Notes: generated from the letters alone by a model not told the origin. 64,000 nucleotides of DNA from Candidatus Krumholzibacteriia bacterium (GCA_041484665.1 JBGPIA010000003.1:64001-128000), one strand, 5' to 3'. Counted from the stretch's first letter, positions 10,813-20,941 are shown. Translations and numbers: made by a program.

Positions 10813-11226
10813 TCACGGTGCGGCCGTCTTGAGCGAGACCTTGCGCGCCTGCGCCAGCCGGATCTCGTCGAACACCGCCACCATGGTCCCATAGCCGGCC
10901 TGCGGGTGCGTGCTCAGCACCACGATCAGGTCCGGATGGAGCCGCAAACGGAGCACCAGCTGGCTCTTGACGGCGTTCACCGGCAGCGGCTCGCCGTCGA
11001 GGGTGACGCGGTCATCGCGGCCGACCTCCAGCGTGCAGACGCTCGCCGGCCCCACGCGCGCCGGGGGGCCGGGACGGGAGGCCGGCAACACGATGGGCAG
11101 CCCCTGCTCCTGGCCGAACACCGTGCTGGTGACGAAGAAGATCATGAGCAGAAAGACGATGTCGGGAATGGAGGCCAGGCTGATCTCCTCCATCGCGCGG
11201 CTTCTCCGTCGCAGGCGAACCGCCAT
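10813..11226 (-). CDS. exbD: Biopolymer transporter ExbD
   Basis: SIPDIVFLLMIFFVTST TM, IVLP, YG-MVAVFDEIRLA. Confidence 0.88.
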   Translation of the reverse strand: MAVRLRRRSRAMEEISLASIPDIVFLLMIFFVTSTVFGQEQGLPIVLPASRPGPPARVGPASVCTLEVGRDDRVTLDGEPLPVNAVKSQLVLRLRLHPDLIVVLSTHPQAGYGTMVAVFDEIRLAQARKVSLKTAAP

Positions 11227-11262
11227 GACGCAATCCTCCAAGCGCGCAGCAACCCGGACGGG

Positions 11263-12165
11263 CTACCCGCGGGTCTGGCTCAGCTCCTCCACCAGCTCGG
11301 CGGCGCTCTCCTCCATCTCGATGATGAAGCGGTCGATCACCGAGAGGAAGAAGCTGTGGAAGATACTGGCCGGAATCGCGATGGAGAGGCCGGCCAGCGT
11401 CGTGATGAGCGCTTCCGAGATCCCGCTCGCCACCAGGCGCGGGCTGACCTGGTCGGCCTGGGCGATCGCCTCGAAGGCGTGGATCATCCCCGAGACCGTG
11501 CCCAGGAACCCGATCAAGGGCGAGATGTTCGCGCTGGCCGACAGCGCCAGCAGCCCCCGCTCGAGAAACGACAGCTCGATCGTCCCCGCCGTCTCGATCG
11601 CCTTCTCGACGGCCTGGGGGCCGCGGTCTGCCCGCAGCAGCCCGCTGTGGAGGATGGCCGCGATCGGGCCGCGCGTACGCTCGCAGACTTGCGCCGCCGC
11701 CGTCACGCCGTCGTTGCGCAGGCTGGTGATGATGGCGCCGATCAGGCGCCGCGTGTTGGTGCGCGCCCGTGACAGCGTCCAGGCGCGCTCGAGGATCACC
11801 GCGAGCGTCACGATGGCGAACCCCAGGAGCGGCCACATGAAGTTGCCGCCCTTGGCGAAAAGCTGCCCCGCAGCGGTGCGCCCCAGGGCCGTCGCGGCGA
11901 ACCACCCCATCGTGCCGCTGACCTGCTCTGAATCGCTGACCGGTGCGTGGTCCACCACCGCGCCCAGCGCGGAGTCCGACGCCGTCCAGGCCAGGGAGTC
12001 CGGCCCGGCGCGCCCCCGTCCGTCGCGCGGGCTGATCGCGTCGGCTGCGCACCAAGCAGGTGCCACCAGCGGCAGCAGGGCCGCCACGGCGAGCGCGGCG
12101 ACCCGGGCGCTGGCGTTCGTGCGGCGGCGCGCCAAGGTCGGCTGGGTCCTTCCGCGAGGGGGCAT
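11263..12165 (-). CDS. exbB: MotA/TolQ/ExbB proton channel protein with N-terminal signal/extension
   Basis: GGNFMWPL, LERG, SPLIGFLGTVSGMI-AF and GISEALITTLAGL-IAIPA. Confidence 0.92.
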   Translation of the reverse strand: MPPRGRTQPTLARRRTNASARVAALAVAALLPLVAPAWCAADAISPRDGRGRAGPDSLAWTASDSALGAVVDHAPVSDSEQVSGTMGWFAATALGRTAAGQLFAKGGNFMWPLLGFAIVTLAVILERAWTLSRARTNTRRLIGAIITSLRNDGVTAAAQVCERTRGPIAAILHSGLLRADRGPQAVEKAIETAGTIELSFLERGLLALSASANISPLIGFLGTVSGMIHAFEAIAQADQVSPRLVASGISEALITTLAGLSIAIPASIFHSFFLSVIDRFIIEMEESAAELVEELSQTRG

Positions 12166-12283
12166 GCTGGGTCGCGGGGTGCTTCAGATCGGGCGGGTGG
12201 GGTTGGCCGGCTTGCGCCATGGCGCGCGCGACCGTCGACGGAACCCCCGCCGACGGAACTGCCGTGCTTGTTGAGCAGCGCCT

Positions 12284-12311
12284 ATTATGGGGCGGACAAA
12301 CTGGGTGTCAA
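12284..12311 (-). promoter_or_regulatory. sigma70-type promoter for exbB-exbD-exbD
   Basis: Minus strand TTGACA-N16-CATAAT. Confidence 0.7.
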
Positions 12312-12345
12312 GGCGCGGCCCGGCGGTGGCGAGGACCTTGGCGCC

Positions 12346-13890
12346 TCAGCGCTTCTCGGCCAGGTTGCTGAACTCCATCCGGTACTCCCCGGTCCCGAGC
12401 CGGTCCACGAACAGGAAGCGCAGGTTGATGTCCTGACTGAAGATCGACTGCGACGCCACCAGGGGGTGCCCGTAGAGCTGGTAACGCCAGAGCTCGAATG
12501 CCCCCTCCTTGCCGGAGTGGCTGTCATTGCGCTCGCGATCGCGCTGCGCCTCGATCCCTGGAGACTCCGTCTTGGGGACGGCCTGTTTGAAGGCCACCCC
12601 GGGCCGCTCCAGCGCGCCGACGTCGTGCACCATGACGATGGCGTCCATCAGGTCCTCGCCGCTGTAGGGGATCACTTCCAGGGAGATCTCGGCGGGGGGC
12701 CCGAAGCGGATGTAGGTGCGCCCGCGGTCGGTGCGTGGCCCGGGCATGAGCTGCTCGCCGAAATAGCGCCGGGCATACGCCACGCGCGCGAGGAATTCGG
12801 AATAGACCTCGTTCTCCAGAGTCCCAGGGGTGGGATCCAGCGCGGTCCAAAGCTCCTGCAGCCGCTGCAGCTGCACCGCAGGTGAGGCCTTGCGCCACGC
12901 GTCGAGGTCGTCGCCGTTGAGCAGGATCTCGGCCTCGAGCTTCAGGTCGCGCTGGCTGGGAGCAGCGGACTCGATGCGCCACGAGACGGAGAACTCGCTC
13001 TCGGTGGCCGCGGCGGCGTCCCAGGAGGGCGTGGCGCGCAGCACGTAGGAACCCTCCAGGAAGCTCGCCAGGGGGAGGCTGTAGAGCGCCGCGCGGCGGT
13101 CGCTGCCCGCTGCCAGATGCACTTCATCGCTGTCGATGGTCCCCGACTGGGGGTCGACGACCGCGAACGTCACGGTCAGGTCCTGCTGGGGCAAGGCGTC
13201 GCGCACCTCAACGTAGGCCAATAGGCTGTCCTGCTCGACGCCGTAGAGGCGGTCAGGATGGGGCAGCAGCTCCCCGCGCCGCGACGGGACGCGGAACTCC
13301 GGATCGCTGAGCCGGGGTGGCGCAGGCTGCGCGTCGGGCGGGGTGAGCGCGCTCCCCGGCGCGCTCCAGTCCGGGACGTCCAGCACGCCGCTGCCGCGCC
13401 CGCGCACGTCGCCGCCCATCAGTCCTCCCCGCCGGCCCTGGCGGTCCACGAGCTCGGCCGTCAGTGCCCAACGGCCCGGGGGAACGGGCAACGAAAGCTC
13501 GACCAGCTGGTAGCGCAGCGGGTCGGCGGCATCCTGGGCGCTCTGTGCGTGGAGCACGTAGACCTGCGACGTGTCCACCGCCACGAGCCCCTGGCGGGCC
13601 AGCTTCAGGTGCAGCTCGACGACGGAACTCAGGCCCCCCGGCCCCGGCACGAACCGCAGATGGGGATGGGTGATCGATGCGGCGACATCGACGCGCGCGC
13701 CGAGCTCCGCGGGGAACACCGGGGCGTCGAGGGAGAACTCCAGATCGCCCGTCCCGGCGACGGGAGCGCGCAGCCCTGCATGAGCGGTGCCGGCCGCCAG
13801 GGCCACCAGGCCGGGCCATGCCGCTCTGGACAGCCAGCGCAGCGCGCGCAAACTGGACTCCTTGCCCGAGCGAGTCGCCGGCGGTCGCAA
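12346..13890 (-). CDS. GWxTD-domain secreted protein (paralog 2)
   Basis: Signal peptide ending GTAHA; LWTALDPTPGT-ENE, RVAYARRYF, GPRTDRGRTYIRFGPP, ELWRY and FLFVDRLGTGEYRM. Confidence 0.82.
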   Translation of the reverse strand: MRPPATRSGKESSLRALRWLSRAAWPGLVALAAGTAHAGLRAPVAGTGDLEFSLDAPVFPAELGARVDVAASITHPHLRFVPGPGGLSSVVELHLKLARQGLVAVDTSQVYVLHAQSAQDAADPLRYQLVELSLPVPPGRWALTAELVDRQGRRGGLMGGDVRGRGSGVLDVPDWSAPGSALTPPDAQPAPPRLSDPEFRVPSRRGELLPHPDRLYGVEQDSLLAYVEVRDALPQQDLTVTFAVVDPQSGTIDSDEVHLAAGSDRRAALYSLPLASFLEGSYVLRATPSWDAAAATESEFSVSWRIESAAPSQRDLKLEAEILLNGDDLDAWRKASPAVQLQRLQELWTALDPTPGTLENEVYSEFLARVAYARRYFGEQLMPGPRTDRGRTYIRFGPPAEISLEVIPYSGEDLMDAIVMVHDVGALERPGVAFKQAVPKTESPGIEAQRDRERNDSHSGKEGAFELWRYQLYGHPLVASQSIFSQDINLRFLFVDRLGTGEYRMEFSNLAEKR

Positions 13891-13919
13891 TCGCCGGGCG
13901 CCCGCCCTGGGTTGCCCGG

Positions 13920-14873
13920 CTAGTACCCGAAGGACAATGACACGCGATGCACTCCGCCCAGGGATGACATGTCCACGAAGCTGTAGTCGAGCTGCGCGTT
14001 GCTGGTGCGTCCCGTCTTCACGCGGAAACCGGCACCGGCGCTCAGCCCGTCGGTGTCGTAATTAAGGTTGTATCCCCCGCGCAGGAAGAAGGTGTCGCGC
14101 ATGTTGTACTCGAGGCCGAAGTTGGCGCGCTCGGCGTTGTCGGTCGGGTGCTGGAACTCGCCGGCCGCCAGCACCTTCTGGCTGCCGGCGCGGATGGGCT
14201 CGAAGCTGAAACCGACCTTGAACATGGTCGGCAGCCGGGCCTCGCGCTGGTCGAACTTCACCTGGCTGCCGAGGCTCTGGATCGCCATGCCCACCTTCAT
14301 GCCCTGGATGCCGATGCGGTACATGATTCCGAGGTCCGCCGCCGCCGTGTTCACCGAGGTCTCGGCCAGCCCCAGGTGCAGGTAGTGCACCGTCGCGCCC
14401 GCGGAGAACTTGTCGGTGAAGTAGCGCGCGTAGCTCAGCCCCAGGCTGCTGTAGCCCGAGTCGAACGTCTGCCCGTTGCCGTCCGGCTCAAACGCCGTGC
14501 GGACGATCTGCGGGTCCATCCACAGCGCCCGGGCGCTGATGGCGAACGTGCCGTAGATGCTGCGCGGGTTGAAGACGTACGCCGCGTAGGACAGCTTGAT
14601 GTCTGCTGGCCACTGCGTCTGGTTGAGGCTCAACTCGGAGCCGCGGACGTTCACGATGCCGGCCGGGTTCCAGTAGACGGCGGTGGCGTCGTCGGCCACG
14701 GCAGTGTAGGCCGAGCCCATGGCCGTGGCACGCGCGCTCACGCCGATCTTGAGGAACTGGCCGTCGAACGTACCGACCTTCGCGAAGACCTGACCGGCGA
14801 CCGCCGGGCGGACCGCCGCGGTCGCTGAGAACGCCGTGAGGACGATCCCCGCGAGGAGCTTCCTGACCTTCAT
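13920..14873 (-). CDS. PorV/PorQ (UPF0164)-family outer membrane beta-barrel
   Basis: Signal peptide; FLKIGVSARATAMGSAYTAVADDATAVYWNPAG; amphipathic strands; ends LDYS-LGGVHRVSLSFGY. ATG 14873 after GGAGG. Confidence 0.85.
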   Translation of the reverse strand: MKVRKLLAGIVLTAFSATAAVRPAVAGQVFAKVGTFDGQFLKIGVSARATAMGSAYTAVADDATAVYWNPAGIVNVRGSELSLNQTQWPADIKLSYAAYVFNPRSIYGTFAISARALWMDPQIVRTAFEPDGNGQTFDSGYSSLGLSYARYFTDKFSAGATVHYLHLGLAETSVNTAAADLGIMYRIGIQGMKVGMAIQSLGSQVKFDQREARLPTMFKVGFSFEPIRAGSQKVLAAGEFQHPTDNAERANFGLEYNMRDTFFLRGGYNLNYDTDGLSAGAGFRVKTGRTSNAQLDYSFVDMSSLGGVHRVSLSFGY

Positions 14874-14938
14874 GGATTCAACCTCCGCTCTCCAGGGAGC
14901 AGGTTGTGGTCCCGTCGCAGCTCTAGGCTGCCTGGGCC

Positions 14939-17647
14939 TTACCGGACGACGACAAACCTTCCAACCACCCGGTCGAACTTGGGATCGTCCGACTGCACCG
15001 AGTACAGATAGATCCCGCTGACGATCTCCTGGCCGTTGCGCGAGACCAGATTCCACGGCAGCGACCCGTCGCCGCCGGTCCCGTCGTGCGCGAGCTCGAT
15101 GACCAGGTCGCCCGCCAGGGTGAAGATCCGCACCGTGCTCTGGGCGCGCGGCAGATTGCGGAACTCGACGCGCACACCGGTCGGATCGCTCGCATTGGGA
15201 TTGAGCTCGCTGAAATCGGCCAGCGTCGACCGCGTGGCCGGATTGGGCACGAGGTAGACGTTCGCGCCATACTTCGCGCGCTCCTCGGCGGTCTGGGCCT
15301 GCGACTTCGGGACCGAGAACTTGAAGTTGCTCGCGGGGTCACCCGAGAGCCCCGGCCCGATGGGAACCAGAGTGGCGCCGACCGGATCGGCGGTGAAGTC
15401 GGTGGCCGTGACCGAGTGGAAGTAGAAGATCCCGTTGTGCACGTCGCGATCGATGAACTCGTAGAACGCCACGCCCTTCTTGTTCCAGAACAACGTGTCG
15501 AGCTGCGTGTAGCAGCACGACCACTGCGCCAGCGCCGGGTAGAGCTTTCCGTAGTCGGACACGTGACCGAGGTCGTCGAGATATCGCACTTTGATGTTCT
15601 GCAGCGGGCCGAGCCCTGGGTTCTCCGCCACGATCTGGGTGACCAACGCATCCAATTCGGCGTACTGCTGCTGCTCGGGCGAGCCGGGCCGCAGCACCCA
15701 GGGGACGTAGTGGATCGGGTCGAGGCCCGTGTTGGGGCCCAGCGGCAGCTTCTGGACGAACAGCAGGCCGCTGGGCAGGATCCGCCGCAGCTCGAATGAA
15801 TCCACCTTGTCGTACTCGCCGATCAAGCGCCACAGGCGCGACTCGGGTCCGTTGGCGACCGAGGACCCGAAGGGTCGGTTCCAGCCGTCCGCGCGCCAGA
15901 TGCGGTAGGACTCGAAGTCGATCTTCTGCAAGCGCAGGTCCTTGGTCGTCTCGCTGATGTTGTTCCAGAAGAGATGGACCCGGTCGGCGGTCTCCCACAG
16001 GCGCAGATCCGGAGCGGGCGGCGCAAGGCCCACCAGCCAGGCCACGTTGAACTCCTTGCCCAGCACGCCCGTGCATCCGGCCAGAACGCCCTCGTCGACC
16101 CCTGTCCCGTCGAGCGTGCACTGCAGGGCGTTGCGCGCCTTCTCGAAGGGGCAATCGCCATTGATGTAGATGCAGCCGTCTGCGTCCAGGTCCCCCGGCT
16201 TGATGGGGACCGGCGGGGTGGGGCCGCTGAAGTCCATGCTGTCGACGCAGTCCTGGAACAGGCTGAAGATCGGATTGGTGGGGCCCGGCGGCCCGAAGGT
16301 GGACTGGCAGATCTTCGTCTCGCGGCCCTTGACCCCGGTGTTCGAATTGGCGTCGCGGTCGAAGTAGGCGCCGTAATAGGTCAGGGCAGCCTCGGCGGCG
16401 TTGCGCTGCAGGCCATCCAGCCCTGGGCCGACCACCATGGCCATCTGGAAGACCAGCGTGGCTCCCGGGTCGATGGGGGTGAACGGCCCGGAAGACATCA
16501 TGATGCGGAAGTCGGCCGCCTTGCCGGCGTCGGTGGGGAACTGGTCGAATTCCTTGCGCGAGAGCAGCTCATATGCCTCGGCATCGTTGGTAGGATCACC
16601 GCCGCGGTCGAACGGCTGTTGGCCGCTGAATTGCTGGAAGCTGGTGATCCCGACGCTCTTGGGCGCGTGCTCGCCCAGGGGATCGGTGGGGTGGTTCAGG
16701 AACAAGAGGCCGATGTAGCCCATCGATTGGCCATTGTCACCGTCGGCGTCGTACATGTACGCCACCGAGATCGGGACCAGGCTGCCGTCCTTGGCCAGCA
16801 CTCCTCCCCGCCAGAAGCCCGGCAGATCATCGTCCGAGATGCCCGCCGTCCCGCGCGGGCCGATGTCGCAGTCGGCGAACAGGCCGACGTAGACGTCGCT
16901 CAGCGGGTTGACGCCGATGTTGGAGAGGGTGAACTGGAAGCCAACGAAGTCGTCGACCGCGTCGTTCTCCCACTGGTAGCTCTCCTGGACGATCTGGATG
17001 TCCAAGGGCTGGTGGTCGGGGCGCAGCTCGATGATCAGCGCGGTATTGTCGCGCATCGCGCAGCGGAACTCCTGGTTGCCGATCGCGGCGAAGTCCTCGT
17101 CGATCTTTCCGTCGCCGTCGTCGTCCACACCGTTCTTGGGATCCTCGTTGACCAGACCGTCGCCGTCGTCGTCCTCGCCGTTGTCCGGGTAGTGCTTCCC
17201 CCCGGGCTCACCCTGGTGGGACTCGTAGATGGTGTCCAGCGGATCGTCGCCGTTGGCGACCAGCTCGGTTCTGTACTGCCCCTCGGTGACGGCGGGGATC
17301 CCGTTTTTCAGCGCGCCGATCCACAGCCCCGCGGCCCACAGGTAGTCCACGCCGCTGCCGGCAGGCCACATGGCGGAGGGAGCGTCGCTGTAGGGCGCCT
17401 GGAGGCTCGGCCGCGATCCGATCAAGCCCCAATTGGTGATATTGAGCTGCAGCTCGCCGACGTTGTGGACGAACTCGCCCTTCAGGGCGAAGATGCCGCG
17501 GCCAGCGGTCTGCAGGGGATCGATGTTGTCCGGGCCGTGGTAGGCGCCCCGCGCGGAGCGCATGGCCACGCAGGGCAACAGCGCGAGCACGATCAGGGCG
17601 AACGCGGGGCGCAGGCCTCGTGACGTTGCGGCTCTCTTGGGTCTCAT
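14939..17647 (-). CDS. Large secreted hypothetical protein with Asp-rich Ca-binding-like repeat and T9SS-CTD/FlgD-Ig-like C-terminus
   Basis: Signal peptide; HNVG-L-LNITNWG; DNGEDDDGDGLVNED/NGVDDDGDGKIDED; C-terminus VYLVPNP...VRIFTLAGDLV...WNLVSRNGQEIVSGIYLYSV...GRFVVVR. Confidence 0.75.
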   Translation of the reverse strand: MRPKRAATSRGLRPAFALIVLALLPCVAMRSARGAYHGPDNIDPLQTAGRGIFALKGEFVHNVGELQLNITNWGLIGSRPSLQAPYSDAPSAMWPAGSGVDYLWAAGLWIGALKNGIPAVTEGQYRTELVANGDDPLDTIYESHQGEPGGKHYPDNGEDDDGDGLVNEDPKNGVDDDGDGKIDEDFAAIGNQEFRCAMRDNTALIIELRPDHQPLDIQIVQESYQWENDAVDDFVGFQFTLSNIGVNPLSDVYVGLFADCDIGPRGTAGISDDDLPGFWRGGVLAKDGSLVPISVAYMYDADGDNGQSMGYIGLLFLNHPTDPLGEHAPKSVGITSFQQFSGQQPFDRGGDPTNDAEAYELLSRKEFDQFPTDAGKAADFRIMMSSGPFTPIDPGATLVFQMAMVVGPGLDGLQRNAAEAALTYYGAYFDRDANSNTGVKGRETKICQSTFGPPGPTNPIFSLFQDCVDSMDFSGPTPPVPIKPGDLDADGCIYINGDCPFEKARNALQCTLDGTGVDEGVLAGCTGVLGKEFNVAWLVGLAPPAPDLRLWETADRVHLFWNNISETTKDLRLQKIDFESYRIWRADGWNRPFGSSVANGPESRLWRLIGEYDKVDSFELRRILPSGLLFVQKLPLGPNTGLDPIHYVPWVLRPGSPEQQQYAELDALVTQIVAENPGLGPLQNIKVRYLDDLGHVSDYGKLYPALAQWSCCYTQLDTLFWNKKGVAFYEFIDRDVHNGIFYFHSVTATDFTADPVGATLVPIGPGLSGDPASNFKFSVPKSQAQTAEERAKYGANVYLVPNPATRSTLADFSELNPNASDPTGVRVEFRNLPRAQSTVRIFTLAGDLVIELAHDGTGGDGSLPWNLVSRNGQEIVSGIYLYSVQSDDPKFDRVVGRFVVVR

Positions 17648-17682
17648 AGCTTCTGCCAACCTCCTGCCGCTGCGGCTGGGGA

Positions 17683-20600
17683 TCAGAATTGCCAGCCGAC
17701 GCCGATCCGGAACAGTCGGTGCTGGTCGAAGACGCGCGGGTCGTTGACCGGAGTGAAGTCGTCGATCTGGTCGCCGTCGACGTCCTGCAGGTACGCGCCG
17801 CCGTACTTGCCGGTCTCGGTCAAATAGCTCGTGTAGGCCGGAGTCCCGTCGATCGTGCCCGGGAAGATCGCCGGGGCGATGTTCACGACCACGTCCTGGT
17901 TGATCAGGTTGAACCCCTGCAGGTACAGCGTCAGCTTCTGCCCGTAGACGTTCACGTGGCGCTCGGCCTGTAGGTCGAGGCTGTACTCCGAGGGCAGCCG
18001 TCTACTGTTCTCCAGGAGTGGGTCCTGGCGCTTCTCGAACCGGAAGTTCGGCGTCCACGGGAAGCCCGCGCCGTAGGAGAAGAGCAGGCTCGCCGCCCAC
18101 TGGTCGGGCTCGGCCAGGCGCAATGACATGTTCAGGCTGTGGCGCCGGTCCCAGTCCAACGGCAGCTCCTGGTTGGGAAGGAACTGGAGCCCGTCCGGGT
18201 TCGACCCAAACTCCTGGCTGCTGGCCACGCCATCGGCGAATGAATAGGTGTACGTCACGTCGAAACCCCAGCGGTCGGCGAAGCGCCGCTCGAGGGTGAA
18301 CTCGATGCCGCGGGCGTTGGCGTAGGCCTTGTTGATGTAGCGTGCCAACGTGTTGCCGGTGGTCTGATCGGTGACCTGCGTAGCGGCAATCAGGCCGTAG
18401 ATGTCCTTGTTGTAGATCGCCACCTGGCCTGCGACGTAGTCGGAGAACTGGTGCTTCACGCCGGCCTGGTAGCTGATGGTCAGCTCCGACTCCAGGTTGG
18501 GGTTGCCGAGCGTGCCCAGGTTTCCGATGGGGTCCTGGCTCGCGAACAGCACGCTGCGGTCTGGGAACTGGATGAAGCGCCCGTAGTGGAAGTGGAACCC
18601 ATCACGGTCGGTGATCGGGAAGGCGAACCCGAGCCTGGGACTGAACTGGCTCTTGAACCGCGCGACGTTGCGATTCACGTCCTCGTTGTCGACCGTAATC
18701 TTCGCGGCTGAGCCCGGGCTGAACAGGTCCCAGCGGAATCCGCCGCTGATCACCATCCCCTCGTACTCCCAGCGGTCCTGCATGTAGAAGGAGGCTTCTG
18801 GATTGTAGGTGTGGAAGATGTTACGGTTGCCGCCCTGCGACCACTCCCCGCTGAAACGGTTTTGGCGCTCGATCGCCGGGTTGAACAGGGAGATCTGCTG
18901 CAGGTCGTTGTAGGTGGTCTGCACTCCGGCCTTGAGCTTGTGCCCCGAGTACCGCGAGCTGGTGACGTCGAAGCGCATGCTCCACTGCAGCGAGTTCGCG
19001 TCGTTGTAGATCGGGTAATCGCTGGTGGTGACGAACAGCGGGTGCTGCGGGTCGGAGTAGTAGTCGCTGCCGGCCAGGTACTGGGGGACGGTCCCCTGGA
19101 ATAAGCTCGGGCTGGGCACACCGCCCTGGTTGAACTGATACGGTTGCAGGAAGTCCAGCACGCTGCCCTTGTTCAGGAACTGGAGCCGAGCGAGCTTGAG
19201 CGTGTAGAAGGTTTCCTCGTCCAGGGCATGACGCAGAACCAGCTTGGCCTGGTTGCTCACGTTGCGCACCTGGGGTCCGTTGTTGGCGGAGTTGAAGGGC
19301 ACGTAGGCGCTGTCGGCCTTGACCGTGCTGTAGCCCGGCCGCTCCTTGGAGCCCAGCGGGTTCTTCGCGCCCTGGAACACGGGCTGCGCGGCCACCAGCA
19401 CGCGACTGCCCGAGACGTTGCGCACCTCCAAGATCGGCACCGCGTGGCGCTCGTTGAACTCGTCGGTGACGATCACCGGATACGCCATCTGCTGCATACG
19501 ATCGACCCAAGGGCCGTAATCCACGCGCTGGAAACGCCCGGTGAAGCGGTAGCCGCTGGAGGTCTGTTCGATCTCGGGCAGGATGACGAGCTCGCGCCGG
19601 AACCCCTGGACGTCCCAGTTGGGCGCGAAGACCTCGCTGCGCGTATAGTTCAGCGTGTACTCGGCGGTGAGCTTCAGTCGCTCGCTGAAAGTGTACGCCA
19701 TCTTACCGGAAGCGCGGACGTCATTGAACTGGCGGCGGCGGAACTTGAAGAGATCGATCCCGAACAACTGCACCTTGTGCTCGACCCGGTAGGCGCGGTT
19801 GTAGTTCTCCTGGTCGCTGAAGCGAAGCTGGCCGCTGAGGAAGTAGGTCAGCTTCTTGTTGGGCGTCGGGCCGCCGAAGCCGAACTCGAACTGGTCGAAG
19901 TTGGTGTAGGTGCGGTCCTGGCGGCCGAAGTCGTCGGTCACGAACTCCGCTCCGCCCTCGAACTTATCGCCGCCCTCCTTGGTCGTGATGTCGACGACGC
20001 CCGACAGGGCGTTGCCGTATTCGGGATCCTGCCCTCCGGTGACGGTGTTGATGTTGGCCACGGCGAAGGTCCCCACCGAGACGTTGCCGCCGCCGATGGG
20101 GTCATCGACCGCGACGCCATCGATGCGGAACGAGACCTCGCCGGAGCGCCCGCCGCGCACGTGGAGCTCGCCCGCCCGCGACACGACTCCGGCCTGCCGC
20201 GCCACCGCCTCCTCCACCGTGTCGATGGCGTAGTCGGTCAGATCCTCGGACTTGATGGTCTGGCTGAACTCGGTGTCCTTGACTGCAACCATCACGGCCT
20301 GCCCCTCGACCACGAACTCCTCGAACGTCTTCACGATGGTGACTTCGAGGTTGAAGGCGAGCTCGAGGGATTTGCCGGTCTCGACCGTGATCTCCTGCTC
20401 CACGGGCTTGTAGCCCAGGTAGAGGATCTTCAGGACGTACTTGCCGGCGGGCAGGCTGCGCAGGAAGAATCGGCCCCCGCCCAGCGACATGACGCCCCAC
20501 TGGGCGCCGTCGCTGACCGCGCGCACCACGACGTTGGCGTAGTCGAGAGGCTCCTGCGTCTCACCGTTGCGGATGGTGCCGGTGACGTCCCCGACCTGGG

Positions 20601-20712
20601 CGCGCGCGGACGGCGCCGCAACGGCCAGCAGGGCGAGGGCGAGCAACGCCAGCAGCGGACTGGCCAGCAGCGGGTGGAGAGCAACGCGTCGGGCGTGACC
20701 GCTCGGTGCCAT
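17683..20712 (-). CDS. TonB-dependent receptor with N-terminal carboxypeptidase-regulatory-like domain
   Basis: Signal peptide ARA|Q; TGTIRN..ANVVV..YLGY domain; plug HVRGGRSGEV-FRIDGV, TGG-PEYGNALSGVV; FSPRLG, GNPNL-E; terminal Phe (IGVGWQF). ATG 20712 after GAAGGAG. Confidence 0.92.
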   Translation of the reverse strand: MAPSGHARRVALHPLLASPLLALLALALLAVAAPSARAQVGDVTGTIRNGETQEPLDYANVVVRAVSDGAQWGVMSLGGGRFFLRSLPAGKYVLKILYLGYKPVEQEITVETGKSLELAFNLEVTIVKTFEEFVVEGQAVMVAVKDTEFSQTIKSEDLTDYAIDTVEEAVARQAGVVSRAGELHVRGGRSGEVSFRIDGVAVDDPIGGGNVSVGTFAVANINTVTGGQDPEYGNALSGVVDITTKEGGDKFEGGAEFVTDDFGRQDRTYTNFDQFEFGFGGPTPNKKLTYFLSGQLRFSDQENYNRAYRVEHKVQLFGIDLFKFRRRQFNDVRASGKMAYTFSERLKLTAEYTLNYTRSEVFAPNWDVQGFRRELVILPEIEQTSSGYRFTGRFQRVDYGPWVDRMQQMAYPVIVTDEFNERHAVPILEVRNVSGSRVLVAAQPVFQGAKNPLGSKERPGYSTVKADSAYVPFNSANNGPQVRNVSNQAKLVLRHALDEETFYTLKLARLQFLNKGSVLDFLQPYQFNQGGVPSPSLFQGTVPQYLAGSDYYSDPQHPLFVTTSDYPIYNDANSLQWSMRFDVTSSRYSGHKLKAGVQTTYNDLQQISLFNPAIERQNRFSGEWSQGGNRNIFHTYNPEASFYMQDRWEYEGMVISGGFRWDLFSPGSAAKITVDNEDVNRNVARFKSQFSPRLGFAFPITDRDGFHFHYGRFIQFPDRSVLFASQDPIGNLGTLGNPNLESELTISYQAGVKHQFSDYVAGQVAIYNKDIYGLIAATQVTDQTTGNTLARYINKAYANARGIEFTLERRFADRWGFDVTYTYSFADGVASSQEFGSNPDGLQFLPNQELPLDWDRRHSLNMSLRLAEPDQWAASLLFSYGAGFPWTPNFRFEKRQDPLLENSRRLPSEYSLDLQAERHVNVYGQKLTLYLQGFNLINQDVVVNIAPAIFPGTIDGTPAYTSYLTETGKYGGAYLQDVDGDQIDDFTPVNDPRVFDQHRLFRIGVGWQF

Positions 20713-20941
20713 TGCAGATCTCCTTCGATGATCCTTGGTGGGCACGGGTCTGGTCCTCGCGGCGAGGGCTGCGCATCACGGACACGGACGGGTGGCTCGC
20801 ACCTGCAACTGCCGCGGGCCAGCCACGCACAAAACGGACCGTCGTGGGGCGGACTGAGTGGGGGGCCTGGCGCAAGGCGGGGCGGAGTCCACATCGCGCA
20901 AGGGGTATTCAAATCACACGGTTAACCGGACATCCGCGGCA

